Origin: Lama glama
Taxonomy: Eukaryota
Assembly: GCA_028534125.1 (NCBI GenBank)
Contig: CM052817.1
Location: 79,362,001 to 79,426,000, forward strand
Direction of reading: 5' to 3'
Length of the DNA: 64,000 bases
Shown here piece after piece: positions 51,826 through 64,000 of the stretch. Below the pieces are notes generated by a model. It had not been told where the DNA came from. It searched no databases and was given only the letters and a program-made list of their open reading frames with translations. Within the stretch, counting starts at the first letter, position 1. Each line of letters opens with the position of its first letter. The position numbers and the translations under genes were made by a program.

Positions 51826-53156
51826 ATGTCTTTATTTAAGCATGCATCTCTTTAAGAAAACCCAATACAGATAATTAAAATTAAATAAATTTGAGTGATT
51901 ATTTGCTGTACAAAATATATTCATTTTAATGAAACTGGTTCTTTAAACATCTAGCTTATTCATTAAGTAAACAATTATTGAGTACTGTTAGTGTCAGCCA
52001 TTATTTTTATGCTACAAAAAGTGTTGAATGAGAAAAACATGGTTCCTACCCTCATGGAATATACTATCTAAACTTTATGTGTATTTAAAATAAAACTTAC
52101 TTAAAAAGAAATTACTTCAGGAACATATCTATTGAAAAAACCCACAATATATAGTGGATATAAACCTTAGGCCACAAATTGAATTGTGCAAGACTTTGAC
52201 TGTATTTAGTTTCAATTATTCAACCAACTTTCTATTTTAACCCTTAATTCCACTTAGATAGCAGCACATTAACCTTGTCAACTCATTGTTCCCTATACCC
52301 CCTTCACAAGGGGAGGGGTGGTCTTAGTTTGAGGGCCTTCACAATGCCAGGACATGGGAGATGGCACAATCTGGGACATCCAGGTCACCACTGAAATGCT
52401 TTCTTCATTTCCTGTTCCCCTGAAAAATTATCAGGACCATCAGATGCTAGATCACACTAGATAACACTAGATAACAATTTGAAGATGCAGAAATATTTCT
52501 ACTGCTGTGTCGCCGTGTGAGGCATGGAAATTTCTATAAAGCTGTCCATGGCACATGAACCTGGAAGCTCATGCATTCATTCCTTATCTGGGTTTTTCTT
52601 TTGCAACCCTGGACTCTGCCCTAGAAGGAAATGGATCTTTTTTTTTTGGCCTATATTCTAGTCTTTGATACTCTCCCTCTTCCCTTCTTCCCCAAATATA
52701 CACATATTCACACACTTGGCAAGGAAAATATGATCTTCTTGAAAATGAGATAATACCTCAAAAGGGAAAAAAATTTAGTTAATATCACAAAACTATTTTC
52801 CCATATATAGTATCCAAACATATATAGTGCCTATGATAAAATTATTGTGAAGCAAAATGCTTGTGTGTACATCACTTTGAAAAATGATCTGCATAAGCTA
52901 AAACTTAAAAAGAGATGTGTAATAAATAAACATGCCCATAACTCTTCTTCACTGCCCTCTACTTTACTCATAAATAACAATACTCATAAAATTTCATCAT
53001 GAGGAATTACAAACATTCCTAAAGAACTAGCATGCAGCACATTTCAAAAAAAGCAAGGCATCAAAATAAAATGAAAAATGTCCTCCTCCCCACAATGAAT
53101 CTCAAATAAAAAATAGAAAACAAAGTATAAAAATGTAATATTAAAAACAAAAGGCA

Positions 53157-53310
53157 GGGGGAGGGTGTAGCTCAGTGGCAGAACTCATGCCTAGCATGCG
53201 CAATGTGCTGGGTTCAATCCCTGGTATTTCCATTAAATAAATACATATATAAATGTATTTACTTACTCCTCCCCTGCCAAAAAACCCCAAAACAAACAAA
53301 CAAAAGAAGA
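53157..53310 (+). mobile_element. tRNA-Ala-derived SINE (camelid-type)
   Basis: 'ggggagggtgtagctcagtggcaga...ctagcatgc...ctgggttcaatccctggta' plus AT-rich tail. Confidence 0.9.
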
Positions 53311-54719
53311 CAAAAAGGGGGGAAAACCCCATAAGAGAAAACTATTTCAAAATGCTACTCTGTGTGAGTGTAATTTATCAACGCCACCTCTTCCCATGGG
53401 CTGCCACCAGTGATTTTTTTTTAAGGCAGCCAAAGGGTCTATGTAAGGCCTTCGTGTGATTCTAAATATATTCAAAACTCAGGAGGAAAAATCTTTCTAA
53501 AAATGGTATCAACTCCAGAAAAAAGGTACAGCAGAATTTTTTTTTTTAACTCTCTAGCCTTATTGTAGTAATAGACTGTGATCCCAGCCTAGCCTGCACT
53601 GAAGAATGCAGACACTAGACTCTAAGGCCGGAGCTGCTCTCAGGGTCTCGAGTGCTGTGTGTAAAATCAGATTCTGACCCATTTTATGTCAGACTGAGCT
53701 CTCAGTCACTGCCTCTTATATTCCTCCTAGCTCACCCTGTCACCATCAGTCTGCTCCAGTTAAGCAAAATGCAATAATTGCACATTCTGTATAGGACTAC
53801 ACTTAATAATCCAAGAATAAACAGAACAGTATTACTATAGTTGTACCAGAAGAATTTGATTAAACGTGAGGCTAACAGGAGGGAGACAGAAATTCATGAA
53901 GCAGCAAGTGTGGCGGGGGATAGCCCCAAGGCCTTTCTGGGACCGGGTGAATCCTGACCATGGATGCCAGGCTTCAGGCTGGACACTTTAGCCTTTTGTC
54001 TGGTGAAATAAAAAACAAAGCAGCATATGTAAATACCTCTTTTGTAATCATTAGGAAACTCAATGATTTTAGGAGTCTGCTCCTAGCTAATTTGACCTCA
54101 TGGTAAATGGACTCCGGGACAAAAATAGCTTCTCTAAAACGGCGGGAAAATTGCCTCCCCTTGTGCCCTGGATTAAAGCAGGATCTGTGTCTAGTGTGTC
54201 TTTGGGGTGGACTCCTTGGTTTCAGGAGGGAGCTCTTTAGGGATGTGATCCTCTGTGATGACCTTGGGGTGGTCCTATCAGGGGTGATCTCTGCCCGAAT
54301 AACCTCACACCAGGCTCCCAGGCTGTGAGTATCTGTTCAATAATATGAAAGGTATGGTTGGGATAGGGGAGTGGGATGTGAGTGTACAGAAAAGTTTTGG
54401 GTTGTTTTCCCTTCACTGGTCCCTCCGTGCCTCACCCATGATGGTAGTTAAGTTCTTGGGGGAGGACTCTGACAGCTCTGACCAGTCCCAGGGTATCTGT
54501 TTAGGCAAACTGAGAGCAAGGCCTGAGGGAGGCAGCAAGGATTACTCTCGCCTCATCCATTTCTCTTGCTTCTATTGGAAGGGCATTTTGCTGCTCCCCT
54601 CCTAACAAGGAACCCCAGGTCTCCATCCTTCTGTGTCTCTTAGGAAGTGCCAAACTCCCGGTCATCTCTGCACTCAGGGGACAAAGGAGAACAAAAGGGA
54701 AATCGCCATTCTAATAGGA

Positions 54720-54970
54720 GCTCGAGTTCATTTGACACTTACTACGTGCCACACACTGTGCAGGGGACTTCTGCATTGGTACCTTGTTTCCTCACATCCT
54801 GTTGAATGGACAGGCTAGTGACTATCCTATTTCATTCTTGCAAAGAAGGAAAATGAGGTTTCCCAGAAAGGTTAGGTAACTTCTCCAGGGTCACACAGTT
54901 CACAAGTGGTTGGCTGTGACTTGAACCTGGCACTGTGGCCCGAGAGTCCCCCTCCTAACCACACATGCTG
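54720..54970 (-). mobile_element. MIR SINE
   Basis: 'cttactacgtgcca', 'aaggttaggtaacttctccagggtcacacag', 'cttgaacctgg'. Confidence 0.85.
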
Positions 54971-55069
54971 TCACTGACTCCTTGTTAGGAAATGAGGAGG
55001 GGGAGGAGACTCCTGGGATTACCAGGGACATTTGCTGACCCTTTCATTTTCTCTTTTATCATTTGCTTT

Positions 55070-55205
55070 ATTTTTATTTTTGGGAGGATGGGGAGATAAT
55101 TAGATTTATTTATATATTTATTTATTTATTGGAAGTACTGGGGATTGAACTGAGAACCTCATGCATGCTAAGCAGGCACTCTACCACTGAGCTATACCCT
55201 CCCTC
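55070..55205 (-). mobile_element. tRNA-Ala-derived SINE with intact TSD
   Basis: 'gtactggggattgaac...catgctaagcaggcactctaccactgagctataccctccc'; 13-bp TSD 'tatcatttgcttt' at 55057-55069 and 55206-55218. Confidence 0.95.
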
Positions 55206-55659
55206 TATCATTTGCTTTTAAGTTCACAAACCATTACTGAGCTCTGTGTGAGACACTGTGTGCTAGGCTCTTGAGGTATAGAAATGACAATGTAATTTAT
55301 TTCTCTATATATGAATATAAAATGCTTTCATGTTTCCTTTTTACAGTTTATAAAGAGGTGAAGTAAGGCTAACAGAGGGTAATATACCATTAAAAAATAG
55401 AATCTTAATTACATAATAATAATAGATTACTAATTAAAGTCTAAAAAACAAATATTCATCAAAGTTAAATTAGTTCTTTAGAGTCTTCATTACTTTTTTA
55501 AAGATTTGATTTATTGAGCAATAACATACAAACAGTGAAATGCACAGACGTTAACTGTAACTTGGATGCATTTTAACAAATTGCATACATCTGTCATGAC
55601 TATTTTTTAATACAGAATAAAATATAAAATGCATACAACATGGATGCCCTCATTAATTA

Positions 55660-56400
55660 ATTCTTTTATCCAGAAATATTCATTGAGTGCCTACTATGTG
55701 CCAGGCACTCAAAGGAATAGAGCAGAATAACAGACAGTCACTGCCATTACAGCTGTGACACTGCAATTACATTCTACACAATGGAAAAAAAAATAAGCAA
55801 ATGCAAAATATGTCAAGAGCTGGTAAGCACAACAAAGAAAAATAAAGGGAACAGAGTGTGATGGGTTGGGGGAGGTTGTGCTATTTTAGATAGAATACTT
55901 GGAAAGGTCTCATTGGCAAAGAGACATTTGAGCAAAGCCTGAAGGCCATGAGGCATGCAGATGTCTGGGGATGACAGCGTCGGGCAGAGGAGACAGCAGT
56001 ACAAAGGCGCTGCGCTTCATGCCCAGTATGGCCAAGGACCTGCAGGGAGGCCTGTGTGGCTTACAGAGTCAAAGACCCAAGAGGCGGTTAAAAGCCAGAC
56101 CCTCTCCAGCCTTGCAGGATTTGATCCTAAGTGAGACAGAAAGCTTCTAGACTATGTTAAGGAGAAACGTGACATAATTGACGTGTTTTACAAAGGTCAC
56201 TCTGACTATTGTATTTGGTGAATTGACTGAAGGGGAGGTGGGGAGAATGCAGGGAGGAAACTACTGAAATAGTCCCTGCAGGAGATGATGGTTGCCTGGA
56301 CTAGGGTGGCAGCAGGGGATGAAAAGTAGTGGAATCCGGCATGTTTTTAAAGCTGAAGTCAACAGAATTTGCTGATGGAGGAGATGTGCTATAAGAGAGC
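55660..56400 (-). mobile_element. L2 3' region
   Basis: 'aaatattcattgagtgcctactatgtgccaggcact', 'gagacatttgagcaaagcctgaagg', 'caacagaatttgctgatgga'. Confidence 0.9.
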
Positions 56401-56419
56401 CTCCAAGGCCATTCCTGCA

Positions 56420-57100
56420 GCTTTTGGTTGCAAATCATAATAAACCCAATTAAAAAGGGCTTAAACAATTAGAATATTTATTACCTTAATTACGGTAGGA
56501 GAACCCATTTTTTTCCATCTTCCTACTCAGCTATCCTCATGTCTACTAGCTTTCTTCGTGATCAGAGATGGGCAGATAGGTCCGTCTTCACTCACCAGAA
56601 GCAGAAAAAGCCCTTTTCATCCTTATGAATCTTTGTCAGCAAAGAAGCCAGAAGTAATCGCCATCAGATTCCTCCCATGGTTCATTTGCCAGAATTGTGT
56701 CATATTCCACTCCTAAGCCGATCATTGGCAAAGGAATAGACCCCCATGATGACTGGCTTAATCAATAAAGATTATTTAATACACATTACTATATATAAAA
56801 TAGATAAACAAGGACCTACTGTATATATAGCCCAGGGAACCATGTGCAATTTCTTGTGTTGAGCTATAATGGAAAATAATCTGAAAAAATATATATACAT
56901 AGTATGTATATGCATAACTGAATTGCTTTGCTGTACACCTGAAACTAACAATGTAAATCGACTACTCTTCAATAAAAAATACGAATTAAAAGGATAAGGA
57001 TTATTTACCCAAATCGTGTGGGAAAGGTGTTATCAGAAAAAAAATGTTAAGTCAAAGTAAAAGGTGGGGGGAATAGCTGTTTGTTGGAAAACCAACAAAA
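56420..57100 (-). mobile_element. MaLR LTR (MLT1K/L-like), split by an L1 3' end
   Basis: 'ttttggttgcaaatcataataaacccaatt...ggcttaaaca', 'ttgccagaattgtgtcatat...cctaagccgatcattggcaaagg'. Confidence 0.65.
56779..56993 (+). mobile_element. 5'-truncated L1 3' end
   Basis: 'aaggacctactgtata...ctgtacacctgaaactaaca'; 14-bp TSD ataaagattattta / ataaggattattta (56765-56778, 56994-57007). Confidence 0.9.
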
Positions 57101-57194
57101 TCTAATACTAGGTGATAACAATTCCAATCAACACAGTAGCTGACTACACTACCAGTTAGTCATATGTGTAAAGGAAAGAACACAAGATGGCAAA

Positions 57195-57310
57195 TCAGAA
57201 GCTCTCTATTACTTCCAACTAGCTGGAGACCCTGGGAAACCATGGATGTTTTCTACATCTTTATTTCTTCATCTGTAAAGTGAGGGTGTTTGAATGCAAA
57301 GACTCCATTC
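57195..57310 (+). mobile_element. MIR fragment
   Basis: 'actagctggagaccctggg...tttcttcatctgtaaagtgaggg'. Confidence 0.7.
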
Positions 57311-57854
57311 TATGTTTTTAGACTAGCACTTTGGACTATTAGAAACACAGTAAACAGAGTGGCTTACAGATGCAGTAGGAATTTAGAGAACAGAAAAATA
57401 GAATGAACTGTAAGGGTGCAGGGAAAATAGGCAAGAACACAGGGTGGGTATGGGAGGGGTGGAAGATGGGGTAAAACTGGCCAGAAATAACACAGAAATA
57501 GGTGCTGGGGGAAAAGCGAGGTACTGATCTAGAGAGGAGGCTGAGTATTTGATAATGCTGTCCAAACATATTGAGTGTGGTTGTATTTTTTGGAGTGTTT
57601 TGAAAAGCTGGCTGACTTGGTTCAAAATTTTAAGGGCAGAGACATGATAATATCTTTAAGAAGATTAATCTGACACTGAGCATTAGATATACCAATTGAG
57701 TTATAAAGGAGAAAAAACTAGAGACAGGAAAAGCAACAGAAAGAAAGATGCATAATCCAAGAGTGAAATGGTGAATTCATGGTATTTCAGAAGAAGGGAA
57801 GAGCTAGAACATGTCAAGTCTGATTTTCAGTTGAAAGTTACCCTGAGAGACAAT

Positions 57855-58100
57855 AAATGGTTGAGAATCCAGGCTCAGGAGTCAAATGGACCCAGATTAG
57901 AACTCCCGCACCCCTCTCCCTGGCTGCTTACAAACTTTGGCAGATAACTTGAACTCTGTGCTCTGATTTTCTTGTCTGAAAAATTGTAATACTAATATAA
58001 TCCAGCCCATGGGGTTATTGGAAGGATTAAGTGAAAAATGACTACATAGCACTAGTACTATGTTTTGGAAATAATATATACTCAGTAAATAATGATGATT
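57855..58100 (+). mobile_element. MIR SINE
   Basis: 'tggttgagaatccaggctc', 'acttgaactctgtgctctgattttcttgtctgaaaa', 'gttattggaaggattaagtga'. Confidence 0.8.
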
Positions 58101-58227
58101 TTCATGAATATCATTATTATTAGTGTGGGTGTTGTTTTTATCATTATTATTAATGAGCAGCAAAATTCTGGACACATCATTAAATTGAGAGCTTGTGAGC
58201 TCCTAGAAAAAGTCACTGTAAGCCAAT

Positions 58228-58784
58228 TTTTTTTAGGTTTGTTTGTTTGTTTATATTGAAATATAGTCAGTTTACAATGTTGTGTTAGTTTCTGGTATAC
58301 ACCATAGTGATTCAGTTATACATATATATTCCTTTTCACATTTGTTTTCATTATAGTCTATTATAAGGTGTTGAACACAGTTCCTGTGCTACATAGTAGG
58401 ACCTTGTTTATCTGTTTTATGTATAGTAGTTAGTATCTGCAAATCCTGAAATCCCACTTTATCCCTCTGTTACCCACTTTCTCCCCTGGTAACCATAAGG
58501 ATTTTTTCTATGTCTGTGAGTCTATTTCTGTTTTGTAAATAAGTTCATTTGTATCCTTTTTTTAGATTTCACATATGAGGGATGTCATATGGTATTTTTC
58601 TTTCTCTGTCTGACTTACTTCACTTAGTATGATAATCTCCAGGTCCATCCATGTTGCTGCAAATGGCATTATTTTATCCTTTTTGTGGCTGAGTAGTATT
58701 CTAGTGTGTGTGTGTGTGTATGTGTATCTTACAACTTCTTTATTCAGTCATCTGTCAACGGACATTTAGGTTCCTTCCATGTTT
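58228..58784 (-). mobile_element. 5'-truncated camelid-type L1 3' end
   Basis: Same family as the 93-445 and 20 kb copies; TSD 'taagccaat' at 58219-58227 and 58785-58793. Confidence 0.93.
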
Positions 58785-58799
58785 TAAGCCAATGTGTTT

Positions 58800-58975
58800 T
58801 TCATTTCTTTCTTTGGTGTTTTTTATATTCATCATGCTGTACATTACATCCCTAGTACTTATTTACTTTATAACTGAGTGTTTGTGCCTTTTTGCTGCCT
58901 GCATCCAATTGCTCCCTGCCCCACCGCTTCTGGTAACCACAAATCTGATCTCTTTTTCTATGAGTTTGCTTGTTT

Positions 58976-59008
<33 letters not shown>

Positions 59009-59220
59009 GTTTGTTTGTTTTTGAAGTATAATTGACCTACAAAACTATATTACTTCCTGGTGTAGAAATATTGAATCCTAGTGATTCAATACTTCTGTAC
59101 ATTTCAAAATGATCACCATGATAAGTCTAGTTACCTTCTGTAACCATACAAAGCCCACACTGTACACTTCATACCTATGATTCATTCATTTTGCAACTGG
59201 AAGTTTGTACCTCACAAACT
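58800..59220 (-). mobile_element. Older L1 3'UTR pieces separated by a (GTT)n tract
   Basis: 'ctgtacattacatccctagtacttattt' (also seen near 49160); (GTT)n at about 58977-59006. Confidence 0.8.
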
Positions 59221-59299
59221 CCTTTACCTCTTTGGACACACCTGGATCTCATCCACCTCTCCTTGTCAGGACTCCCATCGTGTTTACCTTTCTCTTGTA

Positions 59300-61960
59300 T
59301 TTCCACCACAGTTTTACCATAAATGTATACATCTGTAAACAACATTTTATTTAATTTTGCTTGTTTTTGGACTTTATTAGAATGAGGTTATACCATATGT
59401 AATTTTCTGTGACTTACTGTTTTTTACCTTTTTTTTTTGCAAAGGGTTGCAATTTATTCATTTTTTTCATTGTTTACAATATATCCTGTTGTATGACTAT
59501 GCCTCACTTTATTTATACATTTCTCTACTATTGGACATTTGGGTTGTCCCTCCCTTTTTTCTTTTTTTTTTCTATTAATAACAGTGGTACTGTGAACATT
59601 TTTGTATGTCTACTGGTGTGTATATGCAAGAGATTCCCCCTAAGGTATATACCTACAGCTGGCACTCTGGGCTCATGATGCTGTGCAACCTTAGATAACA
59701 CCAATGTTTTTCCTGAGGGGTTGTATCAATTCAAACCACTACAGCAATGTATAAAAGTTTTCACTATTCCATATTTTCTCCAACTTTGTGTTATCAGACT
59801 GATTTTCCCCAAATCTATGGGATATAAAATATATCTCTTATGATTTCAATTTGCATTTTCTTTTATTACTCAAGAGATTGGACATCTTTTCATATATTTT
59901 AATAGTTTTCATGTTTCCTCTTCTTTAGAAATGCTTAATCATGGCTTTTCCCCTTTTTCTTATATTTGATTTCTTGTTTCTTTCATCATGATTTGTGACA
60001 AGTCTTTGGATATCAATCTTTTATTCATTATATGTGAATTTGCTGTATTTTATATGCATAAATACAGTTGATGGCTTTTTAAAAACTTCATGATTTTTTA
60101 ATAAAAAGAAATTGTTAATGTTATTATAGTCAAATTTATCAATCTCACCTTTTATGGTTAATGCTCTTTTCATCTTGTTTGAAAAATCTTCTCTACTCTG
60201 AGAGTTTAATGATATACTCCTTTATTTTCTTCTAAAAATTCTGTGTCATATCTTTGGATCTCTTACTGTTTTTTGTGTATTGTGTAATACAGAAAATTCT
60301 GTTTCACTTTTTCCCATGTGGATTACTTATTGTTTCAGTATTTATTGAATAGTCTTTCCTTTCCTCAGTATATACAATGCCGTCTCTTCCATATTTCAAG
60401 CTTCTATGAAGTGTGAATCTGTTTCTGGGTGTTCTACACTGTTTCAGTGGTCATCTTGGCTCTCTCTGCACCTAGGCACATAATCCATTACTATCACTTC
60501 ATAACGTATCTGCACATCAGGTGGACTTTGTTCTTATTCAGGAGTCTCTTGGCTAATTTTTAGGACCTCATGGTTGCTTATAAGATAATTGAGCTACTTA
60601 AAAAGAAATTATTGAGGTCATGAATGAAATCTCATTGAATCTATAGATTAAATTGGAATTAATTAACACTTTTGCAGTTGTAAGTTTCTTTTCCAAGATT
60701 TTTCATGATATATTTCAACAAAGTTGAAATTTTTCTCCATAAAAGGCCTTGCATATTTATTCTTACATTTATTCCTAAATATCTTATTTTTTGCTACTAT
60801 TATGAATGATATGTGTTTTTAAAAATTATTTATATTATATTTTCTGTGTATTGCTGGTATATAGAAACCCAATTAATTTTTGTAGACTTGATCTTATAGT
60901 CAGCCACCTTTCTAAACTCTGTTATTAATTTCAAGATATAAATGCTTTGGGATTTTCTGTGTCACCACTCATCTCTGTGAATAAAGACATTTTTTTCCCC
61001 TTCTTGCACCTTTCTAATATCTTTCACTTCTTTTTTTGTCCTATTGACCTAAAATACAATGTTGAGAACAAGCAGTGATGGTGATGTTTGTCTTATTTCT
61101 GATTTTAGAAGTTACATGTCTAACATTTTATCATTTAGGTTAGTATTTCTTATAGGTTTCTGTTTTATACTTTTTTTTCCTGATCAAAGAAGTTCCTTTT
61201 TATTCCTGTTTTGCTAAAAATTCAAACATTAGTTACTTTTAATTTGTTAAAAGTTTTCCTTATCTATTAAAAAATCAAATAATGCCTTTTCCTTTAATAA
61301 AATAATACAGTGAATTATATTTATTGATTTTTTAATGTAAAATAATTCTTGCATTCCTAGGATAATTCAATTTGTTTGTAATATATTATTTTGATTTGGT
61401 TTGGTAGTATTTTTCCTTACAATTTTTTGCATCTGTGTTCATAAATATAATTGGCCTTTATTTTCCTTTTTCATGCTGTTTTTATCTGGGTTTGTATCAA
61501 GATGATTAATAGTCTCATAAAGTGTTTCACTATCACCTTCCATCTAATGTTGCTGATGAGAAGTCTGGCACTAGTCTTTTAGTTCCTCTTTCCACTCTGG
61601 AAGTTGTTAGGGTTTTCTCTTATTTGTTGATACTCTAAAATTTTATAGTATGTCTAGATATAAAGAGTTTGTTCTTGGAGGTGGTAGTGTTTTCTGTTAT
61701 ATTTGGAATTAAAAAAAAAACTCTTTCTTGGCACTTGATGGGTTCTTTTAGCACAAGCACACAAGTCTTCCTTCATACTGGAAATTCTGTACTTATATGT
61801 AACAATATCAGAAGAGGCCTTAACATTTTTCTTTTCATTCAGATTTACCATCTTTTTATCCTTTTGCTGCATTCTAGAAGAATTTCTTGTCTTGATCTTA
61901 AACTCATTAATTCTTTCTTCAGTTACAGCTATTTTGCTACTCAAGCCATCTAGTCTTTTC
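59300..61960 (-). mobile_element. Highly decayed old L1 (L1M/L1ME-like)
   Basis: T-rich antisense L1 motifs: 'attatagtcaaatttatcaatc', 'cattgaatctatagattaaattgg', 'gttgctgatgagaagtctg'. Confidence 0.8.
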
Positions 61961-62059
61961 TGTTTAAAGTCTTTAAAAATATGTGATCTCTAATTCTTTC
62001 ATATAAATATGCAGTCTCAGTTTTTCTGATAGTTTCAAATATATGAGCAAAAATTTGGA

Positions 62060-62330
62060 TCAGAGATATCTAAATACAATAAGAGGCAAAAAAAAAGTGA
62101 GGGGAAATAACCAACTAGAAATTGTGCAAAGTACAAAGCATGGAAAAAAATTGGAGAAACAATTCTCAACATAATCAGTAAATCACAATATGAATGTAAC
62201 TAGCTTGTTAAAGAGACTAAAACTCTATGAAATAAATTCAGCTACAAGCTGTTTATAAGAGAGATATTTATAAAAATAATTCAGGAAGTTTGAAAATAAA
62301 GATATAAAATAGATATCACATGCTGTGAAA
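62060..62330 (+). mobile_element. Old L1 fragment (ORF2 start region)
   Basis: 'cataatcagtaaatcacaatatgaatgtaa...gctgtttataagaga...ttgaaaataaaga' resembles the decayed L1 endonuclease N-terminal coding region. Confidence 0.55.
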
Positions 62331-62618
62331 ATAGAAAATTGTAATTACCATTTATTTTTATTTCATTCTTGATTAAATGGCAATTTAGTGAAGAACCTTG
62401 AAAGTAAGGAAGACTATTAACAGATGCTTTGAAAATGAATGCAAATTGCTGAACTAAACAAAGCCTACTGTAATATGAATAAATGTAAAAATTTAAAGTA
62501 ATTTCAAAACATTTACTTCAAGGGCACTAAGAAAATAAATATTAGTCAAGTTAAGGTGAACATCCTTTCTTGTCAGGTTTATGCTTACTGTACATCTTGC
62601 CCAGGTAAAACAGTTTCT

Positions 62619-62730
62619 GAGGCAGGGTGGGTAACTCAGTGGTAGGGCATGTGCTTAGCATGCATGAGGTCTTAGGTTCAATTCCCAGTACCACTAATAA
62701 ATAAATATATACATATAAATAAACAAACAA
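62619..62730 (+). mobile_element. tRNA-Ala-derived SINE (camelid-type)
   Basis: 'actcagtggtagggcatgtgcttagcatgcatgaggtcttaggttcaattcccagtacc' plus AT-rich tail. Confidence 0.9.
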
Positions 62731-64000
62731 TTTAATTGAGTCTTTTTCTAAGTCCATTTACAACAAGAGGCAAAGAGCTGTCTGATAATGTTGAGCAGTT
62801 TGTTTTAATCACCCCAGAGATGCTTGAGCTATGACCTTGAGACCATGAGAACTAGTGTATTTGCTATAGGAACAGACTTGTCAACATGTTAGTCATAGAA
62901 AATCATGCTTGCTCACCTAATACTGTGAACTCTGGTTTAGGCATAAATTTTAGTCACTAATCTTGTAATAAATAGCCCACTATTGGTATCTCATTGTTGC
63001 TGCTAAAACTAGTAACCATTATAATAAAGACTGTGCAGATTTTCTCAGGATTAAGAAGAGAAATAAAGGCAGTGCTTTTTTTTTTTTACAGGTAAAGTAA
63101 ATAAGTAACGTTTTTAAAAAATAGGTAAAAGCCTATTTTCATAAGTAAATAAGTGACTCAGGTTAACTTTTAAAATATTTTTAATTAAAAAGTTTTAATA
63201 GATAGTACATATACAGGGTTCCACTTTTATTAGTTTTGTATGAGGATGAATCAGGGTTTGCCTTGGGCTTCAGTATTCAGCCAACATGATTTTCAGCTTT
63301 TGCTTGGGCCTCAGTATTGTGGAAACTGAGCAACCAAATACCTATTTCTATGTCATTTATTATTCTATCCTAGGGAGGTTTCTGAAATTGGTGTGCATAA
63401 ACGGATAACTGACATGAGTTGGAAAGTCAGAGGTAATTTTATTATCTTGAAAGACATCTTTGAAGTTCGAATGCTACATTTCTAGATTCAAAATTGAATG
63501 ACAAATTTTGTCTCAATTGAGTATATTAAGAATAAAAAATATAAGTAAGGGTAATAATCTGAAGTCTGTATATAGACTTCGTGGGACTGCTTCGCTGCTA
63601 ATGCATCATTACCATTGACCAAATCTCAAGTCCAGGAGTTGAAGAGAAGCTGTCTTCATCTTAGTTGCATCAGGGAAGAAGGCGAAATTAATACAACAGT
63701 GGCAATAGCATCATTTGCAGGACCTTACACTGCCAGAGCTGGCCAGGAAGTTCTCTTGCTCCCACATTCACTTCAGTTGAAAGAATGAAACTAGTATTAA
63801 AGATGTCCAGTATAATTTCCCATAGCTGTTGACTGTGCTGAAAAAGAATTATTGTCTCTGCACTATGATGTCAACTGGTAAAATGTGACTAATAAATTTT
63901 AATAATAAAATTGTAATTATAACATAAGTTCAATTATATTTCATATACTTATATCCCAAAAGGTCATTCTGCGATGATAATATTTGGTGTTGGCTGTGCG

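Noticed and set aside
63688..63850. Minus-strand acceptor followed by a roughly 49-codon open frame (HSQQLWEIILDIF...)
   Set aside because: Peptide not recognised, no supporting neighbouring exons, within chance expectation
1..64000. CRISPR arrays, prokaryotic operons or defence systems
   Set aside because: Sequence is mammalian, with no repeat-spacer structure or dense coding regions

Overview
Mammalian non-coding genomic DNA, AT-rich and CpG-poor, with one 500-N assembly gap (42483-42982). The tRNA-Ala(AGC)-derived SINEs and the short L1 3' ends resemble camelid (camel/alpaca) repeats; this is an inference from repeat recognition, not a search. I cannot support any protein-coding gene: the supplied ORFs are chance ORFs, microsatellite translations or L1 remnants. 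Much of the window is interspersed repeats (L1, L2, L3/CR1, MIR, MaLR/ERVL/ERV1 solo LTRs, hAT DNA transposon fossils, SINEs), several nested and several with visible target-site duplications (TSDs). The best leads are (i) a CpG-retaining LTR16-like element carrying an octamer, three CCAAT boxes, a GC box and a splice donor; (ii) a compact ARE/NF-kB/GC-box/TATA cluster followed by a donor site at about 36.5 kb; (iii) two related, inverted ancient hAT-like fossils, one retaining a BED zinc-finger remnant; and (iv) a few candidate exons and an L1 orientation bias suggesting a + strand host transcript. I found no convincing new biological system. Repeat family names are from memory of consensus sequences and most boundaries are approximate.
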